A stretch of 64,000 bases of DNA from Candidatus Calescibacterium sp. (GCA_032249135.1 JAVVGL010000006.1:39879-103878); one strand, 5' to 3'. Numbered from the stretch's first letter, positions 10,057-20,082 are shown. Program-made: numbers and translations. The notes: generated from the letters alone by a model not told the origin.

Positions 10057-11105
10057 TTTGACAAAAAGAGGGCTTCAAGGCACAGTGCACAAGATAAAGC
10101 TTTTACTCCTAAAAGATATTTTCTTTCTGGATCACCTGCATAAATGTATTCCGGTTCTTTCATTTCTATTACTTTGTTCATGTGCTCAGAAATTTTCTCT
10201 ATTTCTGTTCTGTCAAGTTTTGCATTCAGTTTAAGAAGCGATGAAATTATAGCGCACCTTGTTGTTATGTTTAAATCTTTGTCATAAATTAAGGCGTAAG
10301 TTAAGGTTTTTTCAATCTTATCTTTAATCTCATTTTTATTCTGGCATTTTATATACGGAAGCGCCCTCACTATGTTGTAAAGCGCAAGATAATCTGAAAG
10401 GTAATATGTTCTGTACCATATATCTTTGAAATTTTGTGGGTTTGAAACAAAGTTATGAATGAATTTACATATTCTCTCAACTCTTTCGTTGTATATATCG
10501 TATACTGAAAAAGCCCATAAAACATTTGCTGCAATCCCCAAATCCCCAGATTCCGTAAATGGACTCCCACCAGCAATCCAGATTTTTACCGTGCCATCTT
10601 CTCTTATGAATTGAGTTAGGCTTTCTACAAACTCCTTTGGTATATTTTTGAAATTTGTAATTTTGAATATAGCTAAAACTACGGAGGTAGTATCTATATC
10701 TGGAATCTCCATAGCTTTGATTTCTTCTGGTCCGATCAAGCTTTCATATCCCCACAGATACTCTCCTTTTTTGTTTTTATTTTTCCAGACAGATGAAAAA
10801 ATCTTTTCTGCGAGGTTTTTACTTTTTTGTTTTAGTTTTTTGTCTTTTGTTATCTTGGAAAATTGCCATAGTATATAACCTACTTGGACAGAATCAAAAA
10901 TACTTTTTCCAGTGGAAGTTTTTCCCTCTATTCTTCTGAACATAGTGTAGTCAAAGAGTGCGGTTTGGTCCAATTTTTTTTCAAAAAAATCAAGTGTTTT
11001 TTCGTATTCAGATTTTTGAGGACAAACTGAAAACACCAAAGAAAAAAAAGAAAAAGGAAAAAAGAAAAAAAGCAATAACGCCAATAATAATCGTTTAGAT
11101 TTCAT
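10050..11105 (-). CDS. Secreted single-domain class II terpene-cyclase-like protein (DxDTT motif)
   Basis: N-terminal signal peptide; PDIDTTS, DG...W, D..IAANVL and TYY...Y..Y...RAL resemble the beta-domain of DxDTT-type cyclases. Confidence 0.6.
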   Translation of the reverse strand: MKSKRLLLALLLFFFFPFSFFSLVFSVCPQKSEYEKTLDFFEKKLDQTALFDYTMFRRIEGKTSTGKSIFDSVQVGYILWQFSKITKDKKLKQKSKNLAEKIFSSVWKNKNKKGEYLWGYESLIGPEEIKAMEIPDIDTTSVVLAIFKITNFKNIPKEFVESLTQFIREDGTVKIWIAGGSPFTESGDLGIAANVLWAFSVYDIYNERVERICKFIHNFVSNPQNFKDIWYRTYYLSDYLALYNIVRALPYIKCQNKNEIKDKIEKTLTYALIYDKDLNITTRCAIISSLLKLNAKLDRTEIEKISEHMNKVIEMKEPEYIYAGDPERKYLLGVKALSCALCLEALFLSNQ

Positions 11106-11207
11106 TTTGCAACTTATATTTTAATTTTGTAATGTAAAGAGAATTTTTTATTTCCGTTTATTTTTTAAATTTTTTGTAGCTATATTTTTTATAGCAGGTG
11201 AGAAAAT

Positions 11208-11840
11208 ATGCGGAAATCGTTATCAGAAGAAGCTACTGAGGTTTTAGAAAGTAAGCTCGGTAAGGCGGAGGCGAAAGCTTTTGTGAGAGCTGTTGATGAA
11301 GTAATATCACAAATTACTGAAATCAAATGGAAAACAACAAAAGATGAGCTCCTTAGTGCAATAAGAGAAGAATTCATAAATAAAAATGTCTTTGAAGAAA
11401 GAACATTAGCAATACAGCAAAGTATTAACTCATCAAAGTTAGAGCTTAATGCAAGGATAGACGGGGTTAATGCAAAGGTAGACGGAGTCAAAATGGAGCT
11501 TAATGCAAGGATAGAAGGGGTAAGAGCAGAGCTTACTGAAAAGATAGACGGAGTTAAGATGGAGCTTAATGCAAGGATAGATGGGGTTAATGTAAAGGTA
11601 GATAGTATCAAGGCAGAGCTTGATGCGAAGATAGAAGGAGTCAGAGCAGAGCTTACTGAAAAGATAGAAGGAGTTAAGACGGAGCTCAGTGCAAAAATAG
11701 ATAAAGTAAAGTCAGACCTTGAAAGACAAATACAAAAAACTGATATGAAGCTTAATTTCCTTATTGTATTGACTATTATTGCCATTACTCTTATGAACCC
11801 AGTTGTAGCTGAAATCATAAAATCACTTCTCAAATTTTGA
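11208..11840 (+). CDS. DUF1640/CCDC90-like coiled-coil protein with C-terminal membrane anchor
   Basis: Short head, TTKDEL neck, 11-residue repeats (ELNARIDGVxx, ELTEKIEGVxx), C-terminal TM helix. Confidence 0.7.
   Translation: MRKSLSEEATEVLESKLGKAEAKAFVRAVDEVISQITEIKWKTTKDELLSAIREEFINKNVFEERTLAIQQSINSSKLELNARIDGVNAKVDGVKMELNARIEGVRAELTEKIDGVKMELNARIDGVNVKVDSIKAELDAKIEGVRAELTEKIEGVKTELSAKIDKVKSDLERQIQKTDMKLNFLIVLTIIAITLMNPVVAEIIKSLLKF
11440..11715 (+). repeat. In-frame tandem repeats (33-nt units with occasional 21-nt units)
   Basis: Recurring gagctt(aatgcaagg/actgaaaag)ataga(c/a/t)gg(g/a)gt units. Confidence 0.85.
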
Positions 11841-11897
11841 TGACATAATTTTTTCAAATAATTAGAAGGTTCTGAAAACTTGCTCTAAATTAAAAAT

Positions 11898-12722
11898 ATG
11901 TCTTGCTCTGTGTTCTTTATTTTTGCTCTTTTTCTTGTCTCTCAGCAAACAAGTATATATGATGGGATTTTACTTGAAGTTGAAAGACTTGTTGGCTACC
12001 TTGAAACCATCCAAAGACAAGATGGAAGGTTCTCAAATTCAAACTCAGATTTTGAGGATGTCCTTGTTTTATTTTCTCTTTATGATGCCGAAAGAGTAGC
12101 TCACCCCAAAAATAAAATTCATGAACATTTTTCAAAAATAATAAGAAAGGCAGATGAAAATGGTGTTTTTTCTTATCTTTCAAATTCCAGGGACCCAAAG
12201 GCACGCTTTAAATGGTATAGATTTTTGGTCTATACAAATTCTTTGAAGCAACCAGACCTTAAAGCGGAGATAGAGAAGATAGACTGGCAGAAGCAAAACG
12301 ATGTGGAATTTTTTGCTGTGGTTCATGAAACCGCCTCAATGGCGGGTCTCAAATATGATTTTTTATGCCAAAAAATTGAAAGTTTCCTTGAAAAATTCAT
12401 ACAAAATCCAAAAATTCAAGACCTTGAAAAAGTGTATTTTATTTTTCAGTCGCTCAATTACTCAAACTGTGAAAAGTTTAGCAAACATTCTCCATTTGTT
12501 TTTGAGGTTTTGAAAGGGGTGGAGAAACTTAAAGATCAGCTCAAAAAAAATCCTTCTTTCGTATGTATGTACTTTGATGTTTTATCTAATTTTTCTCGCT
12601 CTCGTTCTTTTAACTTTGAAGAATTTGAGCTTTTGTTTGATGCTTTGAAAAAAGTGAGGAGACCAAAAGAAGTTGCAATATGTATAAGCTCTGCTGTGAA
12701 AGTTCTTTTGAGAAGGATGTAA
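11898..12722 (+). CDS. Secreted alpha-helical protein, probable degenerate paralogue of the 10050-11105 cyclase-like protein
   Basis: Signal-like N-terminus, QW-like motif YLETIQRQDGRF, colinear Cys and helix pattern with 10050-11105; no DxDTT. Confidence 0.5.
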   Translation: MSCSVFFIFALFLVSQQTSIYDGILLEVERLVGYLETIQRQDGRFSNSNSDFEDVLVLFSLYDAERVAHPKNKIHEHFSKIIRKADENGVFSYLSNSRDPKARFKWYRFLVYTNSLKQPDLKAEIEKIDWQKQNDVEFFAVVHETASMAGLKYDFLCQKIESFLEKFIQNPKIQDLEKVYFIFQSLNYSNCEKFSKHSPFVFEVLKGVEKLKDQLKKNPSFVCMYFDVLSNFSRSRSFNFEEFELLFDALKKVRRPKEVAICISSAVKVLLRRM

Positions 12723-12791
12723 TAAAATCTTGTTTTTTCTTCCCAAAATGATTATTATATATAAAAATTGCTAAATTTTTTTGTAAAAGGT

Positions 12792-15700
12792 ATGACAGAA
12801 CAAAAAAAATTGGGAGCAATTTTACTCAATATTTTCATCGTCTTATCTTTACCACTGATAATAAAAGGGGAAGAAATAAAAAGAGGAGACACTGATAACC
12901 AATATGAAACAAAAGGAGAGAACACCTATGACCAATATGACGAACAAAGAATAATGCGCGAATTAGAGCTTTTACCTATACTATCTCTTGAAAGAACAAG
13001 GAGAGAAACGGGAAGAGCGGGAAGAATGTATATTGGGTTTGCTGATGAAGTTTTCAGAGGTAGAATTATTCCGAAAGTTGTTCCAAAAACCGCAACGCTC
13101 GCAATTGATGGCATAGGCTGCGGAATATCAACCGGAAATATCATCGGTCCTTCCTCAACTTGGGGTCAATCATTCCAAGCAAGGTGGGGATATGAAGTAC
13201 TGAATGTTGGTTGTCCAAACGACGATGCCGGTTGGTGTGACGATAAAGACTGGCCAGCACCATCTGCTTGTGTTGATGCTAACAGAGATTATATTTGCGA
13301 CTGCGGATGGGGCGGATGCGTTGGAGGTTGTGATGATATAAACGCTCCGGACTGTGGATATAGAGAAAGGTTAGGGGATATGACGGGAGAATTTGAAGGG
13401 CTTTTACAATATGTAGCCGAACGACTAAAAGAAGCTCTCGTTCAGCGAGATTTGAGAATACTTGTAAATAAATCTCTTTGTGGAAAAGGTAGTTGTGTAG
13501 ATACACCGTGGCCACTTGACCACCTCTGCCTCACAGTAAATCAAGACCCAACAGATAATGCTAATATCAGGGAGAGATGTTGGGCACCGAGTAAGCCTTT
13601 GGACCCCTGGGTTGTATACTACAACAAAACTTTTGTTGAGGTATTTCCAAATCCCGGTAAAGGAACAATTGATGTTATTTTACTTTTGTGGGCAGAAGGA
13701 GGTGTTCCAGGGGACCCTCAAGGTATCCCTGTGAGTAATAGAAGTAATGGCAACACAAATCCATCAAGTGATGTTTGTGTTGAGTTGAGGTTGTGTGGAG
13801 ATTCAAGTGGTGGTGGTGCTTTCTATGCCGATGCCATAGCTATAAAAGCCTCTCTTTATCTTGTGGTTCAAGATAACTTAGTAGATGTCTGTGTAAAAGA
13901 TACTGAACTTGATATTATAAATTCTCATGTTTACCTTGAAGGTTGTGTTGCTGGGTGTTTCTGCGATGCCAATCCAGAAAGCCCGCCTTTGGGTAATCAG
14001 AGTTTATCGGATGAAGGATTAGAGGAGACACTTGGGGCCTCAATTGCTCCTGGAATTGATAATTTCCTTCACGGAAACTGCCCAGGTGATAGAGCCTTAT
14101 CTTTGTGCCCAAAAGTTGCTTTCAGAGGTTGGGGTTACCGGGGACCCTGTGCCCCATCAATAGGGTGTAGTTTTGATGCAACAACTGGTGAGATGTCTTG
14201 TACTTGTCAGGTCTGCCCTGAAAATAATAGCTATGGACCTTGCCCCCCTGGTTCTGTGCAGTGCACTCACGGAATTTTTCCTATTGATTTAAATGAGCTT
14301 TTGGGAGGGAGAAGCTTTTCTGTTACGCAATATTGTGGGAGACCTCAACATTTTGCTGGTGAGAATGCCGCGCACCTTGACCCTCTCAAATGTTGGCCAG
14401 GACACTACAAAGCAGGCGACCCAACTCCACCTCCTCCTTTTAACAACCCTCTTACATGGTATGGGACTATGAGCTGTGGTAAGGGGATATATGATATTGG
14501 TTGTTATATGTCAAAACCTCCTATTTTGACTGGAACCGGTTGTTCTGCTCAGATTGATGCGGCAATAAGACCTCGTGATTTGTCTCAGTCTTGCTCTGAG
14601 ATGAGTTTTGACGGCTATCCTGCATCTCCTACCTTTTCGGGGACATCTGGTTTTGTTGTAAGAGCCGCATTTGATGCTGATAACTACACGCCTGAACCTC
14701 TTCTTTTTCCTCAGTCGGTCCCAGCGGCTGGTACAAACTGCAATATTCAGGGAGATGGAGTAGATGATGACAATGGCTACTGTTCTGTTTCAATTCCTTT
14801 TACTTTTAATTTTTACTTTGGCTCATACACTTCTATGTGTATTTCTACTAATGGTTTTGTAAGATTTGGCGCGGCAGGTGCAGATTGTGGAGACGCAACT
14901 CCCGACCCCATCCCGTATACTAATACTCCTAATGCGTGGGCTGGACCGATGTGGGCAGACCTTTCCATAGAGAACGAGTATCTCTACTATGTCTCAGAAG
15001 TTGTTCCAGCAACTTGGATAGATGCTTACTCTTGTAGAATCATGGGAGCTATGGATGTTGGGGCGAGCGCGGGCGACCCGTTAGATGATACATTAGTTGG
15101 AAATGTAAATTCTGCTTGCGCCGGCTCAAATATCTGTGGCGTCTCATCCCTTTGCAACGATGAACATTCTGAACCATCCTACACAACATACAACGACTGT
15201 TCATATAACCAATCCATAGGATGGAGTTTTCCATTTTTTGGTTCAAATTTCTCAAATGTATGCATAAGTTCTAATGGTATAATATATTTTAGGAACGATG
15301 GAATATGTCCAGCAGGTGCTTTGAATATACCAACTTCACCAGCAGCCGGGGGACCTAACTACTCAATAGCAGTCGTATGGAAAGACCTTGACCCCCTCAC
15401 AATGACCTCAGATGAAGATTGCAGCGGGTGTGCAAGTTGTTCTTTTCTTTGCACCGGGCATGATAGGCACAGAGGGGAGTTTAATGGCTTTGGTTCGGTC
15501 TACAAGCATTACATATCTGGCACATGCCCAACTTCCGGTGGTTCGTGTTCCGCTTTGGTTATAACATGGTATAGGGTTGTAGATTTTAATGTCCAACCAA
15601 ATAATGCAGATAACTGCTCTGATAATAACGATTCAAATGCAGATTGTACAAACTACGCAGCTGGAAGAGATTGGTGTGAAGTCAGGGAAGGAAGTAACCT

Positions 15701-18700
15701 CTATGACTGCGGTTGTAATCCAGATTGTGGCGCATATGGTGGTTGCAACGCCACAGACGACAGCAACTGTAGGAGAATTTGCAGGTGTTGTATTCAGGGT
15801 TGTCAGGATCAGGCGAGGGCTGGGCAACCGAATGAATGGGAAGCTTATAAGCGGCAGGTTCAAAACACAAACACATTTCAGGTCGTCTTGTGGCAAGATG
15901 GAACAATTGATATAAATGTAAAGGAATTTACAGATACCGCCGGAAGCTGTAATGGAACAACGCCACGCGCTCGTATGTTTTTGAAACAAAATTCATCAAG
16001 ATATATTGAGTTAAGCATAGCACCGAATAAGTCTTATAGAATCTTCCCCCTGGGTTATGCAAACACAGTTTGTGGTACCGGGCGAGTAATATATGGTTCT
16101 GGAACTTGCACAAGAACAACCGGTTCAGGAACTGCAAACTGTGTCAGAGTCAGATGGGAAAATGTCCATGTGAAAGGGCAAGGCATATGCATAACTATGG
16201 AGGCAAGAATTATGCAAGATTACACGGGGACGGGAGCGGGAGCAGGTTCAAACTACGATATTGTGTTTTTCATGGAAAGATTTGAGGTTCCGATAGCTTC
16301 ACTATCTCCGGAGCAAAGGAAACAGCTGGCAAGACTATCAGACTTTACAAGGAGCCCCGGTGTGGAAAACGCTGCCGGTGATGTGGGAGCTTATGCTTAT
16401 ATACCTCCTGATGGGAATGGTTTGGTTATGAGGTGGCAAGGTCCGTGGACATACTGGATTGGTGTGGGTATATCACAAGATTTGATGACTGACGCATCAA
16501 ACATGCTATACTCTGGGGTGATGTGTCTTTCTGCAAATGTGGGCGGAGTTAATACTGCAGATACCCAAAAATACTACGATATTTTTACTACAATTTTACC
16601 GTTTAACTTATCATCAGCCGATTCTGCAAAAACACTATTTCCATTTATCACGAATTATTGCGATCCGGATGGTCAGGTTGAGTTGAGGATGAAACCATCT
16701 GGTGTGACGCAAGCGAGCGCAAGAACAGGCTTGCAAATCCCATCTGTTTTAATTGCAGGCTCTACCCTTGATACATTCCCTTATGAGGGAGCGCTCGGAA
16801 TTTCTGTTCCACAAACATGCACCGAGTGGGGGTTTTCACGATGTGCAGATGTCGTCTTCTCTTTCCCGAATTTCAAAGCGGAAATTTGGTGCCACAAAAA
16901 CAACCTCCCAACCTTTGCGTGGATAAAAGACGGTATAACAGGTCCTCCAACCTATGTTTTGGGAATAACATCAGATTGGTTTATCGGAGCCGATATAGAA
17001 TACGCTTACATATCAACGGGAATTTCTATGCAGGCAAAATTGCAGGATGCGTCAGGAGGAAATGAATATGTCTATGTGAAAATAGCCGATGTCTCCTGTG
17101 CAATAGCTTCGGGAGATATACTTGAATATTGGATAAGGGTTGACCCAGCTACAAGACGCTGCGCCCTTGATGCATATTTCTCGGGGGGAGGCGTTCTGAG
17201 AAATGTACCAGGACTTACCGACCAGAACGGAATACCTGCTCACCCTGATGGTAATTTGCAGACTTTCTGTCCTGACCCTAACTGCACAAAGACTGCACCA
17301 AACACAAGTTGTAGGTGCCCCGTACAAGATTGGTATAGGAGAAGAATATCGCTTTCTAGTTTTGCTGGGCAAACTTTGCAGGAGCTTGCAATAGGTGTTG
17401 AGGAAGATGCAAACGGTGGATATTCTTGCCAAATAATGGGTATTAAGGTTTTAAATAGTTCCGGTGGAGTAAAATGCTCTTTTTCTGGTCTAAGAGATAT
17501 GGGAATATGGGCTCGAGGAGGGATAAGCAGCATGCAACGATATTCTTACTCTGTTGCTGGGAACACCATAGGAGATATATTTATTTTTGCAGATGTGAAA
17601 CCGAACCCAAGACAGATTCAATCTTCTGTTTTGCTACCAAGTCAAATTATAGGAGGAATCGCAGACATTTTCGGAGATATTCTCTCTGGTTGGTTGCAAG
17701 GCAGAATAAGAACAAAATTCAATATACCTTTGGAAATAAACATGCCTTTGCATTTTGTTTTCAAAAAAGTCAAACCACAAGGACCTGATATTCAAACAGA
17801 TGAGACTAACTTTAACCCATGGCTAAGTTATGGTTATCCTCCCGGAAATATAGCTCCTGATTACTTGGTTATTTACATAGATAGATTTTTGGGGAATATA
17901 GATGTTGTATCTTTGATGATGGGTGGTCTTTCTTTGGCTCCACCCGCACCTTATCGTAGGTCTCAAGTTTCAACATCTGAACTTATATCTTTTGATATTC
18001 CAGAGTGTTCCGGGAAAGGTGAAAAATGCGTTCTGACTCCTGATGTTGCTAAAAAATATTTCACAAATTTTGGTCCAAATAATGTGAATTTGAGATTTGG
18101 AGGAGGTGTTATAAAATACTCGTGGAGGAAAAATGGGAGTATGTGGAAGCTTCCAAATTCTGCCGCACAAAGCACACTTGATATAGGTACCTTGCTTGAA
18201 GGACCAAACATAATAGAGATAGCTCCAATATTAGATGATGGGTACTTTTACGATGAAAATCCAGTTATTTTGGCTATATATATGGATACCCAACCACCTT
18301 ATGTTAGTTTGAGAGGAGGGAGGGAGCTTGAAACAGGTATTATGTATTTTTCCGGTGTTCCAGTGTTTGTTTTAGAATACTATGATATGAGCGGTGAGGT
18401 TTTCTGGTCTTATAAGATAGATGATGGTGAGTGGTCAGAATGGATAAAAGGAGGAGTTGATAATAACGGTAGCGGAACAGGTAGAATAAAAGCAGATGTG
18501 AGCAAAGGCACACATGTTCTTTACCTGAAATTGAAAGATAAATGGGGTAATGAAACATCAATTTCTAAACCATTTTATTTCGCAAAGGAGGGAGTTTTTG
18601 GATGCTCATCGCTGAGCGAAGTTGAAGTCCAAGAGATTGTATGGAAGGGAATTTCTTTTGCTATTTTCTTCTTCCCAGTTTTAGTCGTAGTTCTTATGGT

Positions 18701-18740
18701 AAAAAGGAACGGTAAAAAAACGGTAAAAAGAAAGAAATGA
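12792..18740 (+). CDS. Giant Cys-rich secreted/surface protein: BPI/LBP-like scaffold with NIDO-like and CBM-like inserts, Ig-like domains and a C-terminal Cys-TM-basic sorting signal
   Basis: ORF of about 1980 aa; ATG at 12792 after AAGG (ORF track starts at 12768); signal peptide; ends GVFGCSS...ISFAIFFFPVLVVVLMVKRNGKKTVKRKK. Confidence 0.75.
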   Translation: MTEQKKLGAILLNIFIVLSLPLIIKGEEIKRGDTDNQYETKGENTYDQYDEQRIMRELELLPILSLERTRRETGRAGRMYIGFADEVFRGRIIPKVVPKTATLAIDGIGCGISTGNIIGPSSTWGQSFQARWGYEVLNVGCPNDDAGWCDDKDWPAPSACVDANRDYICDCGWGGCVGGCDDINAPDCGYRERLGDMTGEFEGLLQYVAERLKEALVQRDLRILVNKSLCGKGSCVDTPWPLDHLCLTVNQDPTDNANIRERCWAPSKPLDPWVVYYNKTFVEVFPNPGKGTIDVILLLWAEGGVPGDPQGIPVSNRSNGNTNPSSDVCVELRLCGDSSGGGAFYADAIAIKASLYLVVQDNLVDVCVKDTELDIINSHVYLEGCVAGCFCDANPESPPLGNQSLSDEGLEETLGASIAPGIDNFLHGNCPGDRALSLCPKVAFRGWGYRGPCAPSIGCSFDATTGEMSCTCQVCPENNSYGPCPPGSVQCTHGIFPIDLNELLGGRSFSVTQYCGRPQHFAGENAAHLDPLKCWPGHYKAGDPTPPPPFNNPLTWYGTMSCGKGIYDIGCYMSKPPILTGTGCSAQIDAAIRPRDLSQSCSEMSFDGYPASPTFSGTSGFVVRAAFDADNYTPEPLLFPQSVPAAGTNCNIQGDGVDDDNGYCSVSIPFTFNFYFGSYTSMCISTNGFVRFGAAGADCGDATPDPIPYTNTPNAWAGPMWADLSIENEYLYYVSEVVPATWIDAYSCRIMGAMDVGASAGDPLDDTLVGNVNSACAGSNICGVSSLCNDEHSEPSYTTYNDCSYNQSIGWSFPFFGSNFSNVCISSNGIIYFRNDGICPAGALNIPTSPAAGGPNYSIAVVWKDLDPLTMTSDEDCSGCASCSFLCTGHDRHRGEFNGFGSVYKHYISGTCPTSGGSCSALVITWYRVVDFNVQPNNADNCSDNNDSNADCTNYAAGRDWCEVREGSNLYDCGCNPDCGAYGGCNATDDSNCRRICRCCIQGCQDQARAGQPNEWEAYKRQVQNTNTFQVVLWQDGTIDINVKEFTDTAGSCNGTTPRARMFLKQNSSRYIELSIAPNKSYRIFPLGYANTVCGTGRVIYGSGTCTRTTGSGTANCVRVRWENVHVKGQGICITMEARIMQDYTGTGAGAGSNYDIVFFMERFEVPIASLSPEQRKQLARLSDFTRSPGVENAAGDVGAYAYIPPDGNGLVMRWQGPWTYWIGVGISQDLMTDASNMLYSGVMCLSANVGGVNTADTQKYYDIFTTILPFNLSSADSAKTLFPFITNYCDPDGQVELRMKPSGVTQASARTGLQIPSVLIAGSTLDTFPYEGALGISVPQTCTEWGFSRCADVVFSFPNFKAEIWCHKNNLPTFAWIKDGITGPPTYVLGITSDWFIGADIEYAYISTGISMQAKLQDASGGNEYVYVKIADVSCAIASGDILEYWIRVDPATRRCALDAYFSGGGVLRNVPGLTDQNGIPAHPDGNLQTFCPDPNCTKTAPNTSCRCPVQDWYRRRISLSSFAGQTLQELAIGVEEDANGGYSCQIMGIKVLNSSGGVKCSFSGLRDMGIWARGGISSMQRYSYSVAGNTIGDIFIFADVKPNPRQIQSSVLLPSQIIGGIADIFGDILSGWLQGRIRTKFNIPLEINMPLHFVFKKVKPQGPDIQTDETNFNPWLSYGYPPGNIAPDYLVIYIDRFLGNIDVVSLMMGGLSLAPPAPYRRSQVSTSELISFDIPECSGKGEKCVLTPDVAKKYFTNFGPNNVNLRFGGGVIKYSWRKNGSMWKLPNSAAQSTLDIGTLLEGPNIIEIAPILDDGYFYDENPVILAIYMDTQPPYVSLRGGRELETGIMYFSGVPVFVLEYYDMSGEVFWSYKIDDGEWSEWIKGGVDNNGSGTGRIKADVSKGTHVLYLKLKDKWGNETSISKPFYFAKEGVFGCSSLSEVEVQEIVWKGISFAIFFFPVLVVVLMVKRNGKKTVKRKK

Positions 18741-18795
18741 TAGAAGGAAAAGGAGAGCCAAAAGAAGAAGATTAATAGATAAATAAAATAGATAA

Positions 18796-20082
18796 ATGAT
18801 TTTCGGTTTAGTCTTTACCGCAAGTCTTATAAGGGGAATATTAGAAATACTACTTCTGACAAAAATAAGAGATATTCGGGAAATTTTTCCTTTTTTGTCT
18901 TTTTGGATTATTTGGTATTTTGTAGTCTTTTATACTGCATCAGCTATCATAAGCTTTTTTGCAAAAGAAAAGCTTGAAGATGTCATGAAGTTCATTTCAA
19001 AGTTTTTCTTTTTGATTATTTTGCCACCTATTGTAGATAGATTTTTGTTTGGAAGAACACAGCCTTATTTTTATGAAAAACCAGAAGATATTCTGAAACA
19101 TTTTTTCTCTTTTTTCCTCACAACAGAAAGAGTAGGTAAGGCTTTGGTTTTGAATGTTCTTTTCATTCATTTTTTTGTCTTTTTGTACACTTTTTTTGTT
19201 GTCTTCAAAAAAGAGAGGGTTTTCTCAAATTTTTCAAGGGCGTTCCTCAAAGCGTTCGCAAGAGCTCTTTTATGTTTCATCTCACTTTATACTGCTTCAA
19301 GTTTTTACGCGGTAGGAGGGTTTTTACCCGTAATTTTCCCTCTTGTTCCTATACTACCCTCGGTAGCTATACCATTTTATAATTCTGTTCATGGTTTTTT
19401 CTTTTCTGTTTTACTTTTTTTTCTGTTTTTTATAACACAAGCTGAAAAGTTGAAATTAGCCAAAACAAATCTAAAAAACTTTCTTTCTTTTCTTCATAGT
19501 TTTGGGTTTAATGCAAAATATATCATACCTTTTTTGAGCGGATACATATTTTCTGGTTTTGGGATTTGGTATTTACCTACATTTTTTTATGTAGGTATTT
19601 CTGTTTTGTTTTTTGATGGCTTCAAAAGGGGCTCACAAATTTTTTTCCCTATTTTAGCAATAGCTTTATTTTCGCCTTACATCCTTGTTTCTTTCCTTAT
19701 TTTAGTTTTGCTTCGCTACATCAGAGAGTTTTTTATTAAGGAGTTGGAGAGTGAGGATTTGGGGGAGCGTTTTTGGAACTTGAGCTTGGTTGTTTCGTTT
19801 TTCATGGGTTATGCGGCAGGAAAAATATATATTTTCTTCATTATAGATTTATTCCTTACTTTGTTTTTTTTATGTTTAGCTTTATTTTTGAATAATTTAT
19901 ATCTTTCTTTTTTGGGTTTTGTTCCGTTTTTGATTTTAGGAAAACCAGAATTTATTTTCCTATCTTTTGTTGGATATATAGTTTGTGTTTTATCTCAAAG
20001 GTACTGGAAATATGCAGTTTTGGCTAGTGTAGCTTTGATTTACTTTGTTCTGAAAAATTTAGAGTTTTGGTTTGGATTGTAA
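18796..20082 (+). CDS. Polytopic membrane protein; C-terminal half possibly a degenerate UbiA-like domain
   Basis: Very hydrophobic; IRGILE and LIILPPIVD...YFY motifs; NLKNFLSFLHSFGF...SGYIFSG resembles the N-terminus of 9196-10056. Confidence 0.55.
   Translation: MIFGLVFTASLIRGILEILLLTKIRDIREIFPFLSFWIIWYFVVFYTASAIISFFAKEKLEDVMKFISKFFFLIILPPIVDRFLFGRTQPYFYEKPEDILKHFFSFFLTTERVGKALVLNVLFIHFFVFLYTFFVVFKKERVFSNFSRAFLKAFARALLCFISLYTASSFYAVGGFLPVIFPLVPILPSVAIPFYNSVHGFFFSVLLFFLFFITQAEKLKLAKTNLKNFLSFLHSFGFNAKYIIPFLSGYIFSGFGIWYLPTFFYVGISVLFFDGFKRGSQIFFPILAIALFSPYILVSFLILVLLRYIREFFIKELESEDLGERFWNLSLVVSFFMGYAAGKIYIFFIIDLFLTLFFLCLALFLNNLYLSFLGFVPFLILGKPEFIFLSFVGYIVCVLSQRYWKYAVLASVALIYFVLKNLEFWFGL

Noticed and set aside
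11189-11857. 222-aa antisense ORF with repeated LTPSI motifs
   Set aside because: Shadow of the repetitive coiled-coil gene on the plus strand
12926-18561. Many short alternative-frame and antisense ORFs inside the giant gene (also in 26948-29327)
   Set aside because: Expected by-products of a long, locally more GC-rich gene; no motifs or RBS seen
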